64,000 nucleotides of DNA. Source: Eledone cirrhosa. Lineage: Eukaryota. The stretch is taken from positions 930,001 through 994,000 of the forward strand of contig OZ024765.1 in the NCBI GenBank assembly GCA_964016885.1. The letters run 5' to 3'. This document shows, in pieces, positions 13,809 through 26,830 of this stretch; position 1 is the first letter of the stretch, and every line of letters begins with the position of its first letter. Made by a program: the position numbers and the translations under genes. The notes below the pieces were generated by a model that saw only the letters and a program-made list of their open reading frames with translations, did not search any database and was not told where the DNA came from.

Positions 13809-14481
13809 AGATGGCTGCAACTCGATTTTGTGTACTTCCATCACTTGATACTTAAGCATGAGCATCAAGGACGTGGCTTTTTAGTCCTGCTAGGGACTTG
13901 CCTGTGGCCAGCAATACCATACATCCAAAAAAATGTCACATCAAGCAATGCCTGAATTTTTTTTAAGTGAGGAAAGGCCTTGCAAGGGGCCAATCCCACT
14001 CTCTGAACATCGAATGTATTTACCTAAAAAGAAGAACTGGTCTGCATCATTGGATGTAAACGATGTCGCAGGTTTTATATCAGAGTGACGTTCTCCTAGA
14101 GAGATGTCTTAATGAAGACTAGGGGTCTCTTGCTCCACAAAAATACTTTATTGGATGGCTGTTGACTCTCATGTGTGAAGGCAGATAATTCCTGAATTCT
14201 ACCGCATAGTAAATAGTTCTTCCACTATTATAAGCTTTCTGATGAAGTGTGATAAATAATTAAATATTGCATATGATTGAACAATATATATTGTAGTCAG
14301 CATATGTATAATAGACACAGAAACATATGTTAAATGTGTATAATAGACACAGAAACATATGTTAAATGTGTATAATAGACACAGAAACATATGTTAAAGC
14401 AAATAAATTCCTAATCTCATTTATCACCAATGTTTATATTTTTCTTGGTACAATAATTGCTTATACATATATATGTGTGTT

Positions 14482-14534
<53 letters not shown>

Positions 14535-14728
14535 TCATCATCATCATCACCGTTTAACATCCATATTCCACGTTTGCATGGGTTTGGACGGGAGTTTTCC
14601 CATTTGAGGCAAGAGTGGTTGTCTTGCTATATATATATAAATGAAGTAATTCTATCGGAAAAGTCCAGGAAAAAAGAGTGCTCTATGTAGGTTTTGTAAT
14701 CCAAATTCAATAAACAAACCAGGATTTT

Positions 14729-14786
14729 TTCATTCTGAGGATTGAAAGCAAAACCTTTTGCTTTTAAGAAACCACTGGTAAATGGA
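14729..14786 (+). ncRNA. Type I hammerhead ribozyme, intact core
   Basis: ttcatt-CTGAGGA-ttgaaagcaaa acct tttgcttttaa-GAAA-cc act gg-TA-aatgga, with an 11-bp stem II and a GUA cleavage triplet. Confidence 0.85.
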
Positions 14787-14859
14787 ATAATTGCCTTATG
14801 TTGTTTATTACATAATAATAATATATAGATATATAGATATATATATGTTTCTCCCTAGT

Positions 14860-15530
14860 TAATCCAAGCTCTGCCTCTCTCACACTTATATTGCACATCC
14901 AATGCAACATGGTTGCTTCATTTCTCTCCATGTCCTCTGCAGTCCCAGTCCATGTTTCACTACCATGTAGCACCACATGTCCTCTGCAGTCCCAGCCCAT
15001 GTTTCACTACCATGTAGCATCACATATCTTCAGCAGTCCCAGCCCACGTCTCACTACCATGTAGCACCACATGTCCTCTGCAGTCCCAGCCCATGTCTCA
15101 CTACCATGTAGCATCACATATCTTCAGCAGTCCCAGCTCACGTCTCACTACCATGTAGCACCACATGTCCTCTGCAGTCCCAGCCCATGTCTCACTACCA
15201 TGTAGCATCACATATCTTCAGCAGTCCCAGCCCACGTCTCACTACCATGTAGCACCACATGTCCTCTGCAGTCCCAGCCCATGTCTCACTACCATGTAGC
15301 ATCACATATCTTCAGCAGTCCCAGCTCACGTCTCACTACCATGTAGCACCACATGTCCTCTGCAGTCCCAGCCCATGTCTCACTACCATGTAGCATCACA
15401 TATCTTCAGCAGTCCCAGCTCACGTCTCACTACCATGTAGCACCACATGTCCTCTGCAGTCCCAGCCCATGTCTCACTACCATGTAGCATCACACCTCCC
15501 ACACAAGTATTGTACACCTGTCTTCTTGAT
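14860..15530 (-). mobile_element. RTE LINE fragment with an internal 47-bp tandem amplification
   Basis: Encodes LHGSETWTGTAEDMERNEATMLHWMCNISVRE, matching the 60175 copy. About 12 units of 47 bp lie at 14930-15495. Confidence 0.85.
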
Positions 15531-15796
15531 CATGTTACCTGTATTAATTAAATAGTTTTTTTAGATTAACTAACGAGATTTTCATAATAGTTGAAACCAA
15601 TGTATGTAAATTAGTTCTTCTGACCCTCGGGTTAAACTAAGGTTACATATATATATATATCGTGTGTGTATATATATATGTGTGTGTGTATATATATATA
15701 TCATCATCATCATCAACGTTTAACGTCCGTGTTCCACGCTTGCATGGGTTTGGAGTATATGTGTATATATATATATATGTGTATATATATATAGTG

Positions 15797-15853
<57 letters not shown>

Positions 15854-15874
15854 ATGTGTGTATATATATATATA

Positions 15875-15925
<51 letters not shown>

Positions 15926-15946
15926 GTGTGTGTATGTGTGTATATG

Positions 15947-16090
<144 letters not shown>

Positions 16091-17457
16091 TGTGTGTGTG
16101 TATATATATATACAAGAGAGAGACATGTGCCTGGCAGTCAAGCTTAAACCATTTCACCATTAAAATGGTTTAAGCTTAACCGTTGGGCATATGTATATTA
16201 TTAGTGTCTACACACACACACACACACCATCAAACCAAGACACACACCAACACACATACGCAAACCAACACACACGCAAACCAACACACACCAACACACA
16301 TACACAAACCAACACACACGCACACATACACACACCAACAAACCAACACACACACACAAACCAACACACACGCACACACACACACCGACAAACCAACACA
16401 CACGCACATGCAAACACACACACCAACAAACCAACACACACACACACCAACAAACCAACACACACACACAAACACCTTAAATTAGATAAAAGTCTTCCAT
16501 ATCATGAAATTATCATCAAAGTAAATTTTAAGTAACCTCCAGCTAGTTGGTGTGTGTGGATGTGTGTTGGTGTATGTAGTTCTGTCTATGTGTGTGTGTG
16601 TGTGTGTATGTGTGTGTGTGCGTGTGTCAGTGTGTGTGTAGTTGTGTGTCTGTGTGTGTGTGTAGCTGTGTGTGTGTTTGTGTAGTTCTGTCTATGAATG
16701 TGTCAGTGTGTCTGTGTCAGTGTGTGTTAGTGTCAGTCTGAGATGTGTGTGTGTGCCAGTGTGTATAACTGTCTGTGTGTGTCTATGAGATGTATGTGAG
16801 TGAGTGTGTCAGTGTGTGTGTATGACTGTGTGTGTGTGGCAGTGTGTGTGTGTATGACAGTGTGTGTGTGTCAGTGTGTGTGTATGACAATGTGTGTGTC
16901 TATGAGATGTATGTGAGTGAGTGTGTCAGTGTGTGTATGACAGTGTATGTGTATGACAGTGTGTGTGTGTCAGTGTGTGTGTGTCAGTGTGTGTGTGTAT
17001 GACAGTGCGTGTGTCTATGACTGTGTGTGTGTGTCTATGACAGTGTGTGTGTATGACTGTGTGTGTATGACAGTGTGTGTGTGTGTGGCAGTGTGTGTGT
17101 GTCAGTGTGTGTGTATGACAGTGTGTGTGTCTATGAGATGTATGTGAGTGAGTGTGTCAGTGTGTGTATGACAGTGTATGTGTATGACAGTGTGTATATG
17201 ACAGTGCGTGTGTCTATGACTGTGTGTGTGTGTCTATGACAGTGTGTGTGTGTGTGTGTATGACTGTGTGTGTGTCAGTGTGTGTGTGTCTATGACAGTG
17301 TGTGTGTATTCTGTTGTTTATGTTGCACCCATCAACCCAGTATTTCTGTATGTACCCCATATATACACAGTTGTCTGTGTACATAACAAACAGGTAGTGA
17401 CAGTAGCCAGACTGGCCTGGGGGTGGGGATCACATGATGATGATGATGATGATGATA

Positions 17458-17548
17458 TACGGGGAGTCGGCTGAAATGTTCATAGGCTGACCAAGATACT
17501 CTCATGGAATGACCAAATGGAGGTTTATTTTTTTTTCAATATAGTCCC
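17458..17548 (+). mobile_element. Possible mariner-type terminal fragment
   Basis: TA followed by cggggagtcggctgaaatgttcataggctgac resembles mariner TIR starts. No partner end was found. Confidence 0.4.
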
Positions 17549-17559
17549 TGGAAAGAAAT

Positions 17560-17749
17560 AATTGTTTCTACTTTTGGCACAAGGCCAGCAATTACCCAGT
17601 ACATTACTGGTACTTTATTTTATCGACCCCAAAAAGATGAAAGGCAAAGTTAACCTTGGCGGGATTTGAACTCAGAAGGGCAAGGGCCGTAACTCTATGT
17701 GTCAAAGCATAGCGTCCGACCCTCTACCGATACTGCCAATCCACCGCCC
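17560..17749 (-). mobile_element. SINE family A (MetaSINE-like), full length, with TSD
   Basis: Complete reverse copy flanked by the direct repeat tggaaagaaataat (17549-17562 and 17751-17764). Confidence 0.9.
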
Positions 17750-17970
17750 TTGGAAAGAAATAATGTGGTTGTTTTATAAGAAGAGTTGAAATTTATGTCA
17801 TGCAAGATTTCACAGCTCTAGCATCACTCTTTCATAGTCAGTCTATGAATTTATCAGCTGCTTTGACATATACTTAGACAGATAGATAGATAGACAGATA
17901 GATAGACAGATAGATAGACAGATAGATAGACAGATAGATAGACAGATAGACAGATAGATAGATAGATATA

Positions 17971-18292
17971 GTGTACGGGGAAAATGGTTCATTCACAATC
18001 CATTCCCCCCCCCCCCCCCCGGAACTAAAAAGCCAGAGACTCCTAAACACTGTCATGTTTAGGACAATCTCGAATAAAAGTAAAAAACCAGCTCAACCAT
18101 CACAGAGTGAGATAGAGCTGGTTTTAAAAGACGTCATGAAGGACATCACCTTCATTCAGAAGGATAGACTCTACGGGAGTCTATCCATTCTCATGAAGGA
18201 CAGGGACACAGCAGTGAAACTGTCCATCAAACCAATCACATCCACCGCATACACCTTCTACCCTACGTACATGGGTAGAAGAACACAAAAGG
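17971..18292 (+). pseudogene. Putative LINE ORF1 fragment (Tx1/L1-like) embedded in (GATA)n
   Basis: Complex, stop-free 100-aa reading frame ending ...FYPTYMGRRTQKV, bounded on both sides by GATA repeats and adjacent to Tx1-like ORF2 ends. The family call is inferred from context. Confidence 0.5.
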
Positions 18293-18667
18293 TAGATAGA
18301 TAGATAGACAGATAGATAGATAGATAGATAGATAAATAGATAGTGATAGATAGATAGATAGATAGTGATAGATAGACAGATAGATAGACAGATATCTTTC
18401 TTTATTTGCCACAGGGGCGCACAATGGGACATTACAAGACGTGATGGCGGGGGTTTTACATAAATCTTTAACAATGATAAATAACAATAAACTATATAAA
18501 AATAAAACAATTCAAATCCCCAGTAGAGGGGAGGCGCCACAAATGGGTTGTTTAATACCCTGTCGATTAAACAACCCTCAACTCCAGGAGCGTGTTGTGC
18601 AAGTGCTCCTTTCTTCCTTTTGCTCTCTTCTTTAACCTACAGGCTTATAAACAGAGAAGGCCCAATC

Positions 18668-18935
18668 ATAATAATAATAATAATAATAATGAAATTATTG
18701 TGTACAGTGCTCAGGTGCACTACAACTCATCAAAGGTGCATGTATAGTACATAGAATAATGTACAAATGTCAGGAAAATAAACAGTGTATGAGTCATGAT
18801 ATAATAACAATAACAATAATGAAATATTGTGCACAGTGCCCAGGTGCACCACAACCCATCAAAAAAGTGCATGTACAGTACATAGGGCAATGCACAAACA
18901 TCAGTAAAATGAACAGTGCACACATGTGTGCATGT
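18668..18935 (-). mobile_element. Two tandem CR1/L2-like LINE 3' tails
   Basis: Same sequence as the tail at 55848-55935, ending in (TAT)n on the minus strand. Confidence 0.6.
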
Positions 18936-19702
18936 GTATGGAAGGGGCACATCAGGCACATTCGGGCCATTTTCGCTTCATTCACCCACCTTTCAGTAAA
19001 TTTACTGGGGTGCAGTGCCTCTCTCTCCATCCTGATGCTCCTTCTAAAGTGTTACTTAAAGAAAGGAATCAATTGTTGTCCAGAGAGAAAGGCATCTGTC
19101 CTCAGTCCTTTCAATCTCGTCCACCATATAACCTCTTTTACCATAGCCACCGTACAGAGGATTCTCCTATAGATAGACAGATAGATATATAGATATACAA
19201 ACAGTAGATAGATAGATATAACTATCTATGTTTCTTGTAGTTTGATAGATACCGTAGATAGACAAATAGATAGATAGATATGTAGGTAAATAGACAAATA
19301 GACAGACAGGCAGATAGACAGATAGATAGATATGTTTCTTTATTAGCCACAGGGGCACAAAAGAAGGGGACAATTACAAAGGGGGGAGTTTACATACAAT
19401 AAAAACGTGTAAAATGTTATCACAATTGTAAATTAAAAGTTAATCGATTTTCCCCAATAGGGGGAGACAGTTCATATGGGTAGCACATACCCCCCGAAAA
19501 AATGTGCAACCCTCATCTCCAGGAGTACGAAGAGTTTGTACCCCTTTCCTCTCTTCCTCTTTTTCCTCAACCTACAGGCTGATATAGAGAGAAGGCCCTT
19601 TCACTCGGGCCATTCTCGCCACTTTCACCCACCTTTCATAAAACTTGCTGATAGATAAATAGATAGATAGGTAGATAGATATAGATCTATGTTTCTTATA
19701 TA

Positions 19703-19888
19703 TTTGTTTCTACTTTAGGCACAAGGCCAGCGATTACCCAGTGTATTACTGGTACTTTATTTTATCGACCCCGTAAGGATGAAAGGCAAAGTCAACCTCG
19801 GCGGGATTTGAACTCAGATCGTAAAGGGACGTAACTATGCTGGAAAGCATGGCGTCCGACCCTCTACCGATACTGCCAATCCACCGCC
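19703..19888 (-). mobile_element. SINE family A, full length
   Basis: Nearly identical to the reverse complement of 42209-42396. A further copy lies at 20770-20966 (-). Confidence 0.9.
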
Positions 19889-20369
19889 TACCGATACTGC
19901 CAATATAGATATGTTTCTTTTATTTGCCACCAGGGCATCAAAAGTGGGACAAGTACAATGGGGGGAGTTTACAAAACAAGGCGTCCTCAATAAGGAGGAG
20001 GCAATAACAATATATAAAAATAAAATAAAATATAACAAAAAATAAAATTTATAACAAAGTCCTCAATAGAGAGGAGGCGCCTTGGGGGGTCGCACACACC
20101 CCCGAAAAAAGTGTGCAACCCTTCTCCTCAGGAGCACAGAGAAGGGGTGCTCCCTTGGTCTTTCATCTTCCTCACCTATAGTCTGATAGATAGATAGACA
20201 AACAGTTGACAGACAGAGAAAAATATAGGAACGTAGAGAGAGGTATAGATATCTAGATAAACATGTATGTAGGTAGGCAGGTGTCCTGTTAATACAGGTA
20301 CTGACATGTCATTGTTATCAATCAGTTGTCTCACCTGATGGAGTTAGGTAAGGATGGGGATAGTGTTGG

Positions 20370-20406
<37 letters not shown>

Positions 20407-20501
20407 TGATGGTAATACCTGGACAAGGAGTTGGTGAGGATGGGGGCTAATGTTGGTTTTTCAATCCAGCTTTTTCTATCTCCATTTCTCTTTCTTTCCT
20501 G

Positions 20502-20534
<33 letters not shown>

Positions 20535-21086
20535 ATCTATCTCTCTATCTCTCTCTCTCTTTCTCTTTCTTTCCTGTCTCTATCTATCTCTCTATCTATC
20601 TATCTATCTCTCTCTCTCTCTCCTCTTCTCTCACTCTCTCTTCATCTCTATCTATCTATCTCTCTCTCTATCTATCTATCTCTCTATCTATCTCTCTCTA
20701 TCTCTCTTTCTCTCTTCATCTCTCTCTCTTTCTCTCTTCATCTCTCTCTCTCTCCTTCTCTCTCTCTCTACTATTGGCACAAGGCCAGCAATTGTTTTTT
20801 TTTGGGGGGGAGAAGGGGAAAGTCAATTAAATCGACCCCAATGCATCACTGGTACTTTATTTTATCGACCCCCGTAAGGATGAAAGGCAAGGTTAACCTC
20901 GGCGGGATTTGAACTCAGAATGGCAAGGGCCGTAACTCTATGCTACAAAGCATAGCATCCGACCCTCACTTTGACACAGAGTTATAATAATAATAATAGT
21001 GGGCTTGATACCACTGAAACTGAGGGAGGGAGGGGTTATCTTAATCAAATAAACCTTGAATTCCAAAAAGATTGTTCCCCTTCGAA

Positions 21087-21205
21087 AGACAGCCCTGTTA
21101 AACAATATACATATATGTAGTTAGGGGACAGCCCTGTTAAACAATATACATATATGTAGTTAGGGGACAGCCCTGTTAAACAATATACATATATGTAGTT
21201 AGGGG
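21087..21205. repeat. 39-bp tandem repeat, 3 copies
   Basis: gacagccctgttaaacaatatacatatatgtagttaggg repeated three times. Confidence 0.9.
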
Positions 21206-21440
21206 AGCAATGTCTGGTCTGGTTATGAGAAAGACAAAAATTGATATCTGATACAGCTTGGCACCAGTGACGTCACAACTGAAGACAACAGAATGTAATG
21301 GGTTAGAAAAGACAGACCCCCCCCCTCTAACATTCCGTCTGCCATTTTGACTATTTCACCACCGCCACCACACCAAAAAAATTGTTCCCTTACTAAAGAC
21401 ATCCCTGTTACACTATATAAATAAATGTACATATACTTAA

Positions 21441-22295
21441 TCCTTTAGTATTTACATTACTCTATATATACTATTGTATTTTCACAGTAAATGCTTTACC
21501 TCACATAATATCTCACATAACATTTACATTACTCTATATATACTATTGTATTGTCACAGTAAAGGCTTTACCTCACATAATATCTCACATAACATTTACA
21601 TTACTCTATATATACTATTGTATTTTCACAGTAAAGGCTTTACCTCACATAATATCTCACATAACATTTACATTACTCTATATATACTATTGTATTGTCA
21701 CAGTAAAGGCTTTACCTCACATAATATCTCACATAACATTTACATTACTCTATATATACTATTGTATTTTCACAGTAAAGGCTTTACCTCACATAATATC
21801 TCACATAACATGTACATTACTCTATATATACTATTGTATTGTCACAGTAAAGGCTTTACCATACATAATATCTCACATAACATTTACATTACTCTATATA
21901 TACTATTGTATTTTCACAGTAAAGGCTTTACCTCACATAATACCTCACATAACATGTACATTACTCTATATATACTATTGTATTGTCACAGTAAAGGCTT
22001 TACCATACATAATATCTCACATAACATTTACATTACTCTATATATACTCTTGTATTTTCACAGTAAAGGCTTTACCTCACATAATATCTCACATAACATT
22101 TACATTACTCTATATCTACTCTTGTATTGTCACAGTAAAGGCTTTACCATACATACTTATCTCTCATAATATCGAATCTATAAGATTTCGGAGTACCTTA
22201 CCCTAACATCAGTATGAGTGGCCAGTCACAGCTGGTTTGAACAGAAAGAGGTGAGAGAATTCTGGCCAAATACGGCCAGTTTAAATGCTAAAGGG
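21441..22295 (+). mobile_element. piggyBac-type MITE with an internal 78-bp array
   Basis: TTAA|tcctttagtattta ... taaatgctaaaggg|TTAA gives TIRs plus TTAA target sites, with about 9 internal 78-bp units. Confidence 0.8.
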
Positions 22296-22309
22296 TTAAG
22301 GAAACAATA

Positions 22310-22710
22310 TCTGGCCTGGTCTGGTCTGGTCAGCCTGGTTTGGTCTGGTCAGCCTGGCCTGGTCTGGTCAGCCTGGCCTGGTCTGGTCTGGTCAGCCTGG
22401 TTTGGTCTGGTCAGCCTGGCCTGGTCTGGTCAGCCTGGCCTGGTCTGGTCAGCCTGGCCTGGTCTGGTCAGCCTGGCCTGGTCTGGTCAGCCTGGCCTGG
22501 TCTGGTCAGCCTGGCCTGGTCTGGTCAGCCTGGCCTGGTCTGGTCTGGTCAGCCTGGCCTGGTCTGGTCTGGTCAGCCTGGCCTGGTCTGGTCAGCCTGG
22601 CCTGGTCTGGTCTGGCCTGGTCTGGTCTGGTCTGGCCTGGTCTGGTCTGGTCAGCCTGGCCTGGTCTGGTCAGCCTGGTCTGGTCTGGTCTGGTCTGACC
22701 CGGTCTGGTC
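22310..22710. repeat. (CTGGT/CTGGC/CAGC) minisatellite with a 19-bp higher-order unit
   Basis: cagcctggcctggtctggt repeated with a variable number of ctggt copies. Confidence 0.95.
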
Positions 22711-22993
22711 TATGAGAAAGGCAAAGTTTAATAATGATAGAGATACAACTTAGCACCAGTGACTTACATTTGAACACCACAGAATGTAATGGGTTTCGAA
22801 AAGTAAGAGAGAGAGACCCAAGACCCCCCTCCAACATTTCCCCACCCCCTGGCTGCCATTTTGACTATTCCACCCCGCTACACCACCCCATACACAGCAA
22901 ATTTTGTGTTTTATTTATCAACACCGGAAGGATGAATGACAAAGTTAAGTCTGGTGGGATTTCAACTGAGAGTGCAGACAGCTAGAATAAACA

Positions 22994-23032
<39 letters not shown>

Positions 23033-23041
23033 GATATACAT

Positions 23042-23084
<43 letters not shown>

Positions 23085-23145
23085 TATATATATATATACA
23101 CATATAAATTACACAATTATCAAAGTTATGTTCAAATCATTTTAT

Positions 23146-23192
23146 TGCTGACAATAGTTTCTTCCAAACTTTCGTTTAAAGTCATCAGAGCA
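23146..23192 (-). ncRNA. Minimal type I hammerhead in the PLE pseudo-LTR
   Basis: tgct-CTGATGA-ctttaaac gaaa gtttggaa-GAAA-c tatt g-TC-agca. Confidence 0.88.
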
Positions 23193-24435
23193 TTATCAAT
23201 GTTTGTACATATAATTAACCTCCTATTCAACTGAACAATCATATAGATACATATATATTGATGTTGTGAGGAACAGTTTCGTATTTACAGGGTGTAATGG
23301 ATGTGACATAGATTACAAGAGAATAGTCTAATAATTAAAGAGGCATTGAGAAAGAATGAGGACATTAGCAGTACATATGCAAGCGTGTAGAAAGTGCACA
23401 TGCATTAGTCATATATATGAGAGGGAAACAAGCAAAGGTATTAGGCATATATAAATACTGCATGGCAAAGGTATTACATAAAATACAAGCATAGTAAGCA
23501 AATATGTTAGTGTATTAAAATTATGGAGGATGTAATGTGATGATAGTTTCTGTAGAGTTCAAATTTGTATGTGTTGAGTGTATCAAAGTTAATGTTATCT
23601 TTTCCATTACATATGCTAAATTATATTTTAGTTAATGTTTATATTGAATGTTTTTAGTTAGTTACAGCAATGGATTGTAAATTGGTCTTATTGTATTCTT
23701 ATTCATGGATTAGAGTTGTTCTACAGTGAGTTTTTCTAACGGTTTAATTTCCGGAAGTGATTATGAGATCCAAAATTAAGGGGAGCTAATGTGTAAGGGG
23801 AGGTAACTAGCTCATTAAATTAAATTAGATTATATAGGAAAGTATCAATTATTTAAATTCTTTGCTCTAATACACATTATATTGTGCACCATTGAATCCC
23901 TTTTACATAATGTTATATATTTATATTTAATTTTAAATACAGTCTATTCTCCTATAATATATTAAAGGTTTCATTAGATTGTTATCTATCCATTACTGGA
24001 CAAGATATAAGTTATGGAAAAATGTATAGCTGTTTACATGTCCAATTAGTTAAATCCCGTGTTAATAATTTAATCCTTTATATACAATGCTATTAATTTA
24101 TATATTTAATTATAAATGTATATATAATTTATTATCACATATTACATTAAATGTCTCTACATATTATATATCCATTACTGTATATATTATAAGTAAGCTA
24201 TAGTAGTTATATTAAAAGGTGGTGACTTTGTTTATTTCTAATAGTTATTGTAGAGTATAAGGTTTGAGATAAATAGGAGTTGTGTAGAGGAAAGAGCAGA
24301 TCAATGAGTGTGATGCTGTGGGGAGAGACAAGTCCTAGAGGTGAAGTGTCAATGGTGGTGAGGAATTCAAATCTGACATTGTTATATATAGCAGCTAGGT
24401 TTAAAGTTATGGAATGAGTGTCGGTAGTGGTGCTG

Positions 24436-26290
24436 TCATGAGGAAAATACCTCTGATTTTCTATTTAGGAGGTCTAGTTTCGAAAAGATTATAGTACGGG
24501 TCTCTAGAAGACAGAGGTTACATAATTTATTCAGTGGTTTATACGATGTGGCCCTACCTACTACTTCCCATTGAAGTGTATATGGTCTATTCCTAGTTTT
24601 CAGATAGTGTATGTAGCTAGATAATGAAGTGGAGTTAGCTAGATTGTGTTTTTTTAAAGAGTGAGGGTGCAAGTTGTATCTTGTCTTGAAGCAGTTCGAA
24701 GTAGAGCCAATATATGTTTTAGAAGAGTTGTTTGTGTTGACCGTGCATGAGTAAATGATGTCTTTGATTAAGCAATTATTACCTCAGGGGCAAGTTCTAT
24801 TTGTTCTAAAGTTACATTTATTCTGGATGTTTGCTTGCCGGTTACTATGTTGTGTAGAAGTCTGGTTGCTAGGGATAGCATTAGGGTAAGGATGGTTGTC
24901 ATTCCTATTGTTATTGATTTCATTAGTGTTATTAATATTATTACTATTGCTATTAGGGTTTGTAGTTATTATGTTGTTCTGAAAGTTTACCTCCTGTTGT
25001 GTTTTAATTAGTTGGAAATAATTATTAATCTTCCTTTTATTACTACTAGCTATGTGGTATGCGATGTTAGGTGTGGTAGAGTAAGAGATTTTAATGGTAG
25101 TTTTATTGATAAGATTATGGTATTTGTGGCCAGATGGGAAGTTTTTTTCTAGGATTGAGAAGAAAGCCTTCGGTAAGTTGGTAGAGACGTTTAGATTGAA
25201 AGGGGGATTGAAGAATGTATTAGTTCTTCTATTTTTGTTTTTTGTAATGTTTTTTTAGGTATTTGTATTTCTGTTTATATTATTATTGTGGTGTTTACTT
25301 TGGTGCGAGTTAAGTTTGATATTACCCTTCATATTAGAGTTAGAGTGGCTAGTACTTTTATTATTTTTCCTCATGGCCATATTGTGAGAAATAATGTTTT
25401 AACTATGTGATTTTATAGGTAGGAATTCAATCTGATTTTTATGGCCTGATTTTGCTAAGGCCTCATTATAGTATTGGGAATTATTGTTAAATATGGTTTC
25501 GTTATATGATAGATTAGAGATTCTAATTGATATCCTTTAGTAATTGAGTTTAATATGGATTTAGGGTGGTTAGACTTGGTATCCACATAAATTAGTTTTT
25601 CGTTTTGTTTATGAAAGGGTGTATATATTTTAGTCCAGGCAAAAGGTAGCATCAAGGAAGTTAACATTTTTAGTGTTTTTATCTAAGGTGATACTTAAGT
25701 TGAAGTTTTTGAAAATTGTATGTAATTGTTTCCTAGTTCTTTCTATATTAAATTTTTTATAGTCAATAAGAAGTAGTGCATCATCGTGGTATAAACCACC
25801 ATTGAGGTAGGGTAGGTTCTTATGAATTTCATTTAGTAGATATAGGCCCACCAAATCAGTGACCTGCGCCGAGTCACTAGATCCCATAGTTATGTCAAAG
25901 TTGTTATGCGTATCCTTGCGGGTCCATAATTGATCTTCAAATGTAATTATGGTTTTTCGGGCCGCAAGTATGACATCAATTTGGGATCTAGTCAGGTCAC
26001 TATTGTTCATGGCCATAATTAGTGCCTTATTTAATAGGATAGGGGAAATAGAGGTGTAGTATGACTTAATATCAAATTGTATAAATTTTTTTTTTTTATT
26101 CTCTTTAATATCCTTGAACCATTCAATAACTTCACCTGTATTTCCCCACTGGTTAAGATATATTTTGTGCTTAATCTGTGGGATCATTCTATGCTGATAA
26201 TACCAATGTCAGATTTGGAAGGGGAGATTAGTCTTATCGAAGGGTTACTAATGAAGTCTTCTTTATGGTCCTTCAGAGAGAATCTTGGGG
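24436..26290 (-). pseudogene. Disrupted PLE polyprotein: reverse transcriptase plus C-terminal GIY-YIG endonuclease
   Basis: RT motifs FIQFDIKSYYTSI, MGSSDSAQVTDLVGLYLL, GGLYHDDAL and VNFLD. Thumb/linker motifs SNHPKSI, FFNPPF and IKISYS. Endonuclease IIYSCTV...YIGSTSNCFKTRYNLH...CNLCLLE. Several frameshifts and stops. Confidence 0.92.
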
Positions 26291-26783
26291 GGGGGGGTGT
26301 TAGGGGTGTATGGCTGTGTAGGTCTCTGAAGTCCTAATTTACACACTATACTATGGCCTTTTATATTTATATTTTCTAGGATTTTAATAGTAGTTTTCTT
26401 ATAGCTCATTCAATATAAACATTAACTAAAATATAATTTAGAATATGTAATGGAAAAGATAACATTAACTTTGATACACTCAACACATACAAATTTGAAC
26501 TCTACAGAAACTATCATCACATTACATCCTCCATAATTTTAATACACTAACATATTCGCTTAATATGCTTGTATTTTATGTAATACCTTTGCCATACAGT
26601 ATTTATATATGCTTAATACCTTTGCTTCTTTACTTCTCATATATATGACTAATGTATGTGCACTTTCTATACGCTTGCATATGTACTGTAAATACTAAAC
26701 TGTTGTTCACAACATCAAGATATATGTATCTATATGATTGTTCAGTTGAATAGGAGGTTAATTATATGTACAAACATTGATAA

Positions 26784-26830
26784 TGCTCCGATGACTCTAA
26801 ACGAAAGTTTGGAAGAAACGATTGTCAGCG
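26784..26830 (+). ncRNA. Second pseudo-LTR hammerhead copy with a core mutation (CCGATGA)
   Basis: tgct-CCGATGA-ctctaaac gaaa gtttggaa-GAAA-c gatt g-TC-agcg. Confidence 0.7.

Larger units (their letters stand above)
18393..20190 (-). mobile_element. Cluster of Tx1/L1-like LINE 3' ends
   Basis: Three related 3' UTRs (about 18393-18665, 19330-19650 and 19905-20190) end in a poly(A)-signal-like AATAAA/AATAAG followed by (TATC)n. ORF2-like termini are VAMVKEVIWWTRLKG...KFTERWV (18945-19167) and KFYERWVKVARMARVKGPSLYISL* (19571-19648). Confidence 0.7.

Noticed and set aside
14233-14300. Hammerhead at ctgatga...gaacaatatatattgta
   Set aside because: GAAA is incomplete and stem I does not pair. 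It may be a relic but is not supportable.
24785-24787. In-frame TGA in the PLE endonuclease region as selenocysteine (reported for some Naiad elements)
   Set aside because: In CP*GNNC the TGA aligns with the Leu of the usual CPLxGxC motif, not with a Cys. The copy has other frameshifts and stops, and I did not identify a SECIS element.
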